NCBI GenBank assembly: GCA_036502005.1
Contig: DASXZH010000075.1
Span: forward strand, 10,381-74,380
Source: Fimbriimonadaceae bacterium
GTDB lineage: Bacteria > Armatimonadota > Fimbriimonadia > Fimbriimonadales > Fimbriimonadaceae
Direction: 5' to 3'
Length of the DNA stretch: 64,000 bases
Position 1 is the first letter of the stretch. Every line of letters starts with the position of its first letter. The notes under the pieces are model-generated. The model was given only the letters and a program-made list of their open reading frames with translations. It did not search any database and was not told the origin of the DNA. Both the position numbers and the translations under genes were made by a program. This document shows positions 55,490 through 61,897 of the stretch, in pieces.

Positions 55490-56477
55490 TTAGGCCACTT
55501 TTGCAGGAGCACCATCACTAGCGGCGGATTTCCAAGCAGCCTCGGTAAGCCGAATTACTTCTAGTCCGCACTCAAAAGGCGACTCGCATTCGGCACGGTC
55601 CAGAATCGCATCGATAAAGTTCTGATCCGGCGTGCTGCCACCCGAAAGATGCTCCGCCTTAAACTTGTTATCCTTTCTATCTACCATGGTCAGCACGTTG
55701 GCTCGCATGTAGAAAACCATGTTTTCGCAGACGATGCTCACGTCCTCGTACCAGCCGAAGCCATTCCCAACAACGCCCAGCGAAGCTTGGGCGCCATTCT
55801 TGAACTTGACGGCGAGCGTAGAGTTGATGTCAACCTCAGTTCCGAAATTATCGGTGAAGGCGCAAATGCTAGCGGGCTTGCAGGCCGGTTACCCAAAGGA
55901 TGACGTCCAGCAAGTGGCTGGCTGAGTCGTTTAGCTGGCCGCCACCGGAGAGCGAGAGCTTTTGTCGCCAAGTGCCGCTGGTGGCCTTAAGCCATCCCTG
56001 CTCCTGAATGGCGCTGACGAATTGCACCTTCCCAGCTTCCCCGTTTTGTATCTTTTCTCGAATATAGCGATACTCCGGCTGATAGTGGCGCTGGTAGCTA
56101 ACGAGGCCAACCTTGCCCGCCTTGTCTCTAGCTTCAATCACTCGATGGGCATCTTTAACAGTCGTGACAAGCGGCTTCTCGCAGCAGACGTGGGCGCCGG
56201 CTTCAAAGGAATCTACGATCTGATCCGCATGCTGGGTATGGGGCGTGGCGATCATGACCGCATCCGGCTTAACTCCTTTCAGCATCTGCCGATAGTCTTC
56301 AAAGACGGGACAGTCTGCCAGTTGCGGATACGCTTCGATTGTCTTTTGAATCTGCTCCGTATCGGGGTCGACCAACGCGACCACTTTCGCTTCTTTGACT
56401 TTAAAAAGATTGCCCAAGCGGTAGCGCTGAAAGCCTCCGCAACCGATCATTCCGACCGTTACAACGTTGTTTGCCAC
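55490..56477 (-). pseudogene. Gfo/Idh/MocA family oxidoreductase, frame broken once
   Basis: The Rossmann half (VGMIGCGGF...EKPL) ends at TAG 55869-55871 after WVTGLQAR. A neighbouring frame continues KPASICAFTDNFGTEVDINSTLAVKFKNGAQASLGVVGNGFGWYEDVSIVCENM... to 55490. One extra base near 55876-55885 explains this. Confidence 0.75.
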
Positions 56478-56500
56478 GGTTGTGAAGCATACCGGGGCTT

Positions 56501-56629
56501 CGCGTGATAAGTGATAGGAAATAAGTGATAGGTCCGGAGGGCCCTTCCCCTTGCGCTCCGGCGGAGGGGGAAGGGTTGCGATGGGGGTTTTTCGCTCCCT
56601 ATCACCTTTTACATATCACTTATCACGCG
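56501..56629. repeat. period-7 inverted arms (GTGATAA/GTGATAG) enclosing an inner G/C hairpin
   Basis: CGCGTGATAAGTGATAGGAAATAAGTGATAGG (56501-56532) versus CCCTATCACCTTTTACATATCACTTATCACGCG (56597-56629): 28 of 32 complementary. Inner stem CCCTTCCCC / GGGGGAAGGG. Confidence 0.75.
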
Positions 56630-56638
56630 CGAAGCGCG

Positions 56639-58036
56639 CTAAGGCGTTACCGTCGCTCGCGTTCGCTGAATAACCTGATCCAAGAAGGACGTGTTGTTCG
56701 GCGTTCGCTTAAGTAGCTTGATAAGCTGCTCGGTGGCTTCAACTGAACTATTCTGATTTGCCACCATTCGGTGCAATTGAACAACGCCATCCAGCTCATC
56801 CTTGTCGAATAGTTTCTCCTCGTGGCGAGTGGAGCTGCGCTTCACATCGATGGCGGGCCAGATTCGGCGCTCGGAAAGGTCGCGATCAAGCACGATTTCC
56901 ATGTTGCCGGTGCCCTTGAATTCTTCAAAGATGGCGTCATCCATTCGGCTTCCAGTATCGATCAAAGCAGATGCGATGACGGTTAACGAGCCACCCTCTT
57001 CAATGTTTCGGGCGGAGCCGAAGAATCGGCGCGGACGATACAAAGCGGAAGGATCCAAACCACCGCTAAGGGTTCGGCCCGAAGGGTTAATGGTCAAGTT
57101 AGAAGCGCGAGAAAGACGCGTAAGCGAATCCAACAGGATCACAACGTCTCGGCCTGCTTCAACCAAACGCTTGGCTTGCTCAAGGCAGAGTTCGGAAACG
57201 CGGATATGGTTTTCGGGCGGCTCATCGAACGTGGAGCTAATAACTTGGCCACGTACAGAACGGCGGAAGTCGGTAACTTCTTCAGGCCGCTCATCCACGA
57301 GCAGAACCATTAGGTAGCACTCGGGATGGTTGGCGGTGACGGCGTTGGCTATCGTCTTGAGAATCGTTGTCTTTCCAGCTTTTGGAGGAGACACGATGAG
57401 ACCGCGCTGGCCCTTACCGATCGGCGAGATGAGATCGATGATTCGAGCGACGATGTTGTCGCCCATGGTTTCCATCTTGATTCTCTCTTCAGGGTGAAGG
57501 GGCGTCAGTTCATCGAAGTTCTTTCGATGCTGCATTTCCGAAGAGGCAGTGGCGAGGTTGTTAACGCTCTCGACTCGGAGCATGCCCTGATACTTTTCGC
57601 CTTCCTTGGGCGGGCGCACCTGGCCATACACCATATCTCCTGGGCGTAAAGCAAAGCGCTTCACTTGAGATTGGGAAACGTAAACGTCTTGGTTGGAGGG
57701 CTGATAGTTATCGCGGCGCAAAAAGCCCCAGCCGTCGTTTAGAACTTCGAGAATGCCTCGGGCGTAAATAGCCCCTTGTTCGGCGTTTGTGAAGTTGAGA
57801 AGTTGCTCGATGACCTCATGTTTGGTCTTATCGGCGATGGAGATCTTGGCGGATTTTGCAGCCTTTGCAAGGTCTGCGGGCGCCAATTGGTCGAAATGAT
57901 TAAAATCCTGTTCTGGCAGCGCTTCTAAGTCTGATGCGTTGTCGGTTCTTGGGAGACCTTCGCGGGAACGGCCACGGCCGCGACGCTGGCCGCCGCCTCC
58001 GCCGTCCGACTTACGAGGTCGAAATTGATGAGTCAT
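56639..58036 (-). CDS. rho: transcription termination factor Rho with Arg/Gly-rich N-terminal extension
   Basis: RNA-binding RFALRPGDMVYGQVRPP, Walker A SPPKAGKTTIL, and a RecA-like C-terminal domain. The first ~35 aa are MTHQFRPRKSDGGGGGQRRGRGRSREGLPR. Confidence 0.9.
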   Translation of the reverse strand: MTHQFRPRKSDGGGGGQRRGRGRSREGLPRTDNASDLEALPEQDFNHFDQLAPADLAKAAKSAKISIADKTKHEVIEQLLNFTNAEQGAIYARGILEVLNDGWGFLRRDNYQPSNQDVYVSQSQVKRFALRPGDMVYGQVRPPKEGEKYQGMLRVESVNNLATASSEMQHRKNFDELTPLHPEERIKMETMGDNIVARIIDLISPIGKGQRGLIVSPPKAGKTTILKTIANAVTANHPECYLMVLLVDERPEEVTDFRRSVRGQVISSTFDEPPENHIRVSELCLEQAKRLVEAGRDVVILLDSLTRLSRASNLTINPSGRTLSGGLDPSALYRPRRFFGSARNIEEGGSLTVIASALIDTGSRMDDAIFEEFKGTGNMEIVLDRDLSERRIWPAIDVKRSSTRHEEKLFDKDELDGVVQLHRMVANQNSSVEATEQLIKLLKRTPNNTSFLDQVIQRTRATVTP

Positions 58037-58057
58037 ATTGCTCCTGTTTTGCGGTTG

Positions 58058-58079
58058 AGAAAAAGTCGAACGCCGACTT
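58058..58079 (-). terminator. intrinsic terminator candidate after hpt
   Basis: Minus strand reads AAGTCG-GCGTT-CGACTT followed by TTTTCTC. The stem is 6 bp. Confidence 0.45.
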
Positions 58080-58108
58080 GCTTCAGCCTGTGTGGAAAGA
58101 GTGGGAGA

Positions 58109-58642
58109 TTAACCCTCGCGAAGAACTGCAATATAGGGAAGATTCCTATAACGTTCCGCGTAATCTAAACCATATCCTACCACAAACTCGTTTGGAATCT
58201 CGAATCCGACGAATTCAATCATCGCATCTCGTTCTCGAGCCTCAGGTTTGGAAAGCAAGGACGCAACTTTCAAAGATTTCGGCTTTCGGGTCAACAGCAA
58301 CTCTCTTAAGTGGCTGAGGGTTATCCCCGTGTCGACGATATCTTCAACGATAAGGACGTGCTTGTCCTCGATATTGATATCTAAATCTTTTCTAATTTGT
58401 ACGACGCCACTGGAAGACTTTTGGTTACCGTAACTGCTGACCTGCACAAAGTCTACGGTCACGTTCGGCCCAAGTTTCCGGCAGAGATCGGCTAGGAAGA
58501 GAAAAGATCCCTTTAAAACGGCTACGAGAAGCAAAGTCTCTGCGCCGTAGGTTTGGCGAATCGCATCCGCCATCTCTGAAATTTTATCGGAGATTTGCTG
58601 CTCAGAAATTAGGACATCTAACGATTCTGCCACCGCGGCCAT
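58109..58642 (-). CDS. hpt: hypoxanthine phosphoribosyltransferase
   Basis: Start at ATG 58642 (MAAVAESLDVLISEQQI). PRPP motif VLIVEDIVDTGITL and C-terminal VGYGLDYAERYRNLPYI. The 268-aa ORF version only adds translated heptamer repeats. Confidence 0.9.
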   Translation of the reverse strand: MAAVAESLDVLISEQQISDKISEMADAIRQTYGAETLLLVAVLKGSFLFLADLCRKLGPNVTVDFVQVSSYGNQKSSSGVVQIRKDLDINIEDKHVLIVEDIVDTGITLSHLRELLLTRKPKSLKVASLLSKPEARERDAMIEFVGFEIPNEFVVGYGLDYAERYRNLPYIAVLREG

Positions 58643-58677
58643 GGGATTTGTTAAAGTTACCACGTTTTGGGAAGCAA

Positions 58678-58962
58678 GTCGAAGGTCGAAAGTCGAAAGG
58701 CGAAAGCCGGACCGAAGAAAGGCGAAGGTTGAACTCGAAAGTCGAAAAGCGTAAGTCGAAGGTCGAAAGGCGAAAGGCGAAAGGCGTAAAGTCGAAGGTC
58801 GAAGGTCGAAGGTCGAAAGCCGGGCGGTGGAAAGGCGGAAAAGGCAGGCAAGGCAAATGCGGAGGCGCAATTCGTTAAAAACAAAGGCACTTTTAGTCTC
58901 CATCAGGTGTGGCACAAAGCCCCACCCTCGGCTTTCGACCTTCGACCTTCGACCTTCGACTT
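58678..58962. repeat. largest period-7 element: ~150-nt GTCGAAR/GGCGAAA array plus perfect 34-bp inverted repeat
   Basis: 16 in-phase heptamers from 58678, then one 1-nt slip, then more. AAGTCGAAGGTCGAAGGTCGAAGGTCGAAAGCCG (58789-58822) is the exact reverse complement of 58929-58962. The core is 106 nt. Confidence 0.9.
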
Positions 58963-59123
58963 CCTATTCCGGGCACCCATTCGCGCTTATCACTCGTATT
59001 ACTCCGTGTTATCTCTTGGCGCTTCCGAAAGCTTTTCAATCGAATTGCGAATGGACAAATCGACTCGGACCTGAGCACGTCATTAATAACAGGGCGCTTG
59101 AGCCCCATTTTGAGGAGACCAGT

Positions 59124-60140
59124 TTGAAAGTTTATTCAGTTATTGCCTTGGCCCTGGCTGCAGTCGCAACCTTTGCGCAAGTCGACCCGGCAAAGACCGT
59201 GCTTACAATAAATGGCGAGAACGTTAACGGTGCTGAATACTACCGCCGTATGGAGTTCCTTCCGGATGTTGGACGGGTGCTGGAAGGCGGCCACGTCGCT
59301 GTTTACCCACCCGGATTCCTCACGATCGTGCAACTGATTAACGAACATTTGGTGCTTCAGTTGGCTAAGCAGAAGGGCCTTATTCCCACGGATCAGGAAA
59401 TTGATAACACCCTTTCGGAAACAGAAGCGGCGGATCCGAATTTTAAATCCAGTTGGATCAACTCCGGCCGAACTGAGCCGGAACTTCGTGATCAGGTTCG
59501 TTTTCAGCTTATCCAGTTCAAACTAACCACTGAGGGCATCACCGTCTCCGATCAGGAAGTGGCCGATTTCTATCACAGCAGTTCGATTCCTGGACTAACG
59601 ACAGTGCCTCGCTCAGTAAAGATGAGTTTGATCGCAGTTAGAGACGACACCGGCATGAAAAAAGTTGACAGCGATCTTGCTGCAGGCAAGAGCTTCTCCG
59701 CCGTTGCCCATGATGAAAGTGCAGATGCCACCTCAGCGAACGGAGGCGAACTCGGAACCGTCGCCATCGACAATCTTCCGAAAGAGGTTGCCAATGCGGT
59801 AGACCACACACACCAGGGTGAAGTGACGGGCTGGGTTTCCGTTCCGGTTGGTACCAGCAGCGACGGAACCACGCCCCTTATGGTTCATGTGAAGTACTCT
59901 ATTGAGAGCAAAGAAGCGGAAAAGCATTTTGACTTCAACGACGCATTAAAAAGCCGTTTGCGCCGTTATCTTATGCTGAACAAAGGCAAGATAAAGAATG
60001 ATGTGGAGGTTGAACTTTCGGCGCTCCGAAAGACCTCCAAGATCGCCATCACTTCGCCAGAGTTTGCGAAGATGTATGAGCAGTTCATGAAGGAGTTTTT
60101 CCGGGAGTCCGTCACGACCAGCGGGGGCTCCGGAAGTTAG
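59124..60140 (+). CDS. SurA-like / parvulin-type peptidyl-prolyl isomerase, secreted
   Basis: TTG 59124 is preceded by GAGGAG. Signal peptide KVYSVIALALAAVATFAQ. A SurA-N-like chaperone region, then ANGGELGTVAIDNLPKEVANAV (rotamase-like). Confidence 0.65.
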   Translation: MKVYSVIALALAAVATFAQVDPAKTVLTINGENVNGAEYYRRMEFLPDVGRVLEGGHVAVYPPGFLTIVQLINEHLVLQLAKQKGLIPTDQEIDNTLSETEAADPNFKSSWINSGRTEPELRDQVRFQLIQFKLTTEGITVSDQEVADFYHSSSIPGLTTVPRSVKMSLIAVRDDTGMKKVDSDLAAGKSFSAVAHDESADATSANGGELGTVAIDNLPKEVANAVDHTHQGEVTGWVSVPVGTSSDGTTPLMVHVKYSIESKEAEKHFDFNDALKSRLRRYLMLNKGKIKNDVEVELSALRKTSKIAITSPEFAKMYEQFMKEFFRESVTTSGGSGS

Positions 60141-60304
60141 AACTTAGAACAGAGAGCTTAGAACGGAGAACGGAATGGCCGCAAGCAAATCGGTTTCGGA
60201 GCTTCTTTCCCGTAGGGTGTCCGGGCCTCTAGGGCCCGACGTTTGCCGTTTGGTGTTACGGTCCCCTTCGTTCTACTTTCCAAGTTCTCCATTCTAAGTT
60301 CTCC
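60137..60304. repeat. period-7 inverted arms (TTAGAAC/GGAGAAC vs GTTCTCC/ATTCTAA)
   Basis: Left arm TTAGAAC TTAGAAC AGAGAGC TTAGAAC GGAGAAC (60137-60171). Right arm GTTCTAC TTTCCAA GTTCTCC ATTCTAA GTTCTCC (60270-60304). Inner stem CGGGCC/GGCCCG. The same units recur at 22208-22228. Confidence 0.7.
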
Positions 60305-60335
60305 GCTAGCGAAAGATCAGATAAGCTACAAACAC

Positions 60336-61301
60336 ATGGCCAGGCTCCTCCGGTTAAACCGTATCCAGCTACTAGAGGGCTCCCTGGATTTGGATGCAAT
60401 GCAGTTGCCGGATCCGGTTTATCTGGCTTGGACTGATTCGGATTTGGAGGAGCTGTTGGCCTCCAAAGGGATAACAACAACTGTTCTGGTGGGCGACGAA
60501 ATCCCAGAGGTTGGAACCCTCATCCTAAACGAGAGGCCGCTATACGATCTCGTCTATCTTTCAAACCGTTTGCTCGGACCAGGAGGCTGCCCTTGGGATC
60601 AGGCACAGACCCACGAATCGCTCAAGCGATATCTGCTGGAAGAGACCTATGAGGTATTAGATGCCATCGATTCGGGTTCCGACGACAAGCTGTGCGAAGA
60701 ACTTGGCGACATAATGCTGCAGCCCCTTATGCACGCGGCAATGAAAGAAATGGCCGGGCAGTTCACGATTGATGACGTTGCGTCGAAGGTGGTCGATAAA
60801 CTCGTTCATCGCCATCCCCATGTGTTCGGCTCTGTCGCAGTAGAAAACGTGGATGACGTATTGCGAAATTGGGATGCTTTGAAAAAGAAGGAGAAGGGCG
60901 AAGAAGAGCAATCCATTTTAAGCGGCGTACCCAAAGGCATGGCTTCCCTACTTCGGGCTTACGAAGTCAGTAAACGCGCCCAGAGGAGCGGGTTTGAGTG
61001 GCCCGAAATCGAGGCCGTTTTCGAGAAACTGCACGAGGAAGAAGCTGAGTTGCGTGCAGCTTTAAAAAGCGGTGACCCGGAATCGATTGAATTTGAACTT
61101 GGAGACATGCTTTTCACCGTTGTGAACATAGCCCGGTGGGCTAAGGTTGAGCCGGAGGAAGCTTTACGCAAGATGGTAAACCGCTTTACCTTGCGTTTTC
61201 AAGCCATGGAAAACGCGGCCACTAAGCCACTAATTGAACTTACACCCGGGGAGTGGGATCAGCTTTGGGAATCGGCTAAAAGCGCTCAAGCGGTCTTGTG
61301 A
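60336..61301 (+). CDS. mazG: nucleoside triphosphate pyrophosphohydrolase MazG
   Basis: Start at ATG 60336. GCPWDQAQTHESLKRYLLEETYEVLDAI, ELGDIMLQ, HRHPHVFG, and a second MazG repeat EEEAELRAAL...ELGDMLFTVVNIAR. Confidence 0.85.
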   Translation: MARLLRLNRIQLLEGSLDLDAMQLPDPVYLAWTDSDLEELLASKGITTTVLVGDEIPEVGTLILNERPLYDLVYLSNRLLGPGGCPWDQAQTHESLKRYLLEETYEVLDAIDSGSDDKLCEELGDIMLQPLMHAAMKEMAGQFTIDDVASKVVDKLVHRHPHVFGSVAVENVDDVLRNWDALKKKEKGEEEQSILSGVPKGMASLLRAYEVSKRAQRSGFEWPEIEAVFEKLHEEEAELRAALKSGDPESIEFELGDMLFTVVNIARWAKVEPEEALRKMVNRFTLRFQAMENAATKPLIELTPGEWDQLWESAKSAQAVL

Positions 61302-61516
61302 GCATCGATATCCCGCATGCGCACTTCCTTTAGAAGCCAATAGCTGAAATCGTCGCTGTGACCCCGCTCAGAAATGCCGCGAGCTAGGGCGATATCATCC
61401 CAATCCCCGTCTTCAATCCAGGTGCGGACATCGGACATGAGGGTCATCAACTCTATCTCCCCCATCTTTTTGAGTTCATCATGAACGTCAACGGGAGGCT
61501 CTATCTGCCATGCCAT
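61286..61516 (-). CDS. small acidic hypothetical protein
   Basis: 76-aa ORF with convergent 16-nt overlap with the mazG end. No motif. Confidence 0.35.
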   Translation of the reverse strand: MAWQIEPPVDVHDELKKMGEIELMTLMSDVRTWIEDGDWDDIALARGISERGHSDDFSYWLLKEVRMRDIDAHKTA

Positions 61517-61604
61517 AGTTTTCTTGACTCCAAGTTAGAATCCGGCGTTCCGAGTTTGAATGGGGGGTCAAATCCCACTCGGGGATCCGATAGATGGCCC
61601 AATT

Positions 61605-61691
61605 GGTAAATTTGTCATTTCAAGGAGCGGGCGCGCCGCAGGTACGCAAGCGACGTGGCAATCTACCTAGCCTGCCGCCGGTTGACAAATC
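61605..61691 (-). repeat. family-2 small palindromic element, copy 2
   Basis: The reverse complement GATTTGTCAACCGGCGGCA...GTAGATTGC...CGGCGCGC...GACAAATTTACC matches 53287-53376, with identical 19-nt spacing between the GTAGATTGC and CGGCGCGC blocks. Confidence 0.65.
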
Positions 61692-61708
61692 TGGAGGCTA
61701 GCTGAATT

Positions 61709-61897
61709 CTATTTTATTGTCTGCGGCCGCCACCCTTTAATGACAATTGTAAATTGACTCCATTCCTCTCCGGGCATCCTTGCAAACTCGACGTCTTGCT
61801 CAAGCGTCCAGCGCCGCCCGTTTTCCGCCGTCTTTATACCCTGGTCCAAAGCCGCCAAAGTCTCAGCGTCCAAGATTTCGGTTTCTTCTTGTTTCAC
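61709..61897 (-). CDS. small hypothetical protein (antitoxin-like helical segment)
   Basis: GTG 61897 overlaps the stop of the upstream giant gene (GTGA). AETLAALDQGIKTAENGRRWTLEQ resembles the C-terminal helix of some type II antitoxins. No toxin partner is present. Confidence 0.3.
   Translation of the reverse strand: MKQEETEILDAETLAALDQGIKTAENGRRWTLEQDVEFARMPGEEWSQFTIVIKGWRPQTIK

Noticed and set aside
58643-58915. N-terminal 91 aa of the 268-aa ORF containing hpt (LSTFDLRPSTLRLSPFAFRPST...)
   Set aside because: This part is a translation of the GTCGAAR heptamer array. A family-typical Hpt N-terminus begins at ATG 58642. Overlapping ORFs 58602-58856, 58648-58878 and 58657-58890 are the same repeat read in other frames.
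61561-61592. tRNA T-arm-like sequence (GGGGGGTCAAATCCCACTCGGGGA) suggesting a tRNA fragment or att site
   Set aside because: The T-stem has a mismatch. No matching acceptor 5-prime strand, D-arm or anticodon arm could be found upstream, and no integrase or direct repeat of it occurs in the window.
61286-61897. Type II toxin-antitoxin pair formed by the 62-aa and 76-aa small ORFs
   Set aside because: The two ORFs are separated by a 192-nt spacer containing a family-2 repeat and are not overlapping or adjacent. Neither shows a recognisable toxin fold motif. Only a weak antitoxin-like helix is seen.
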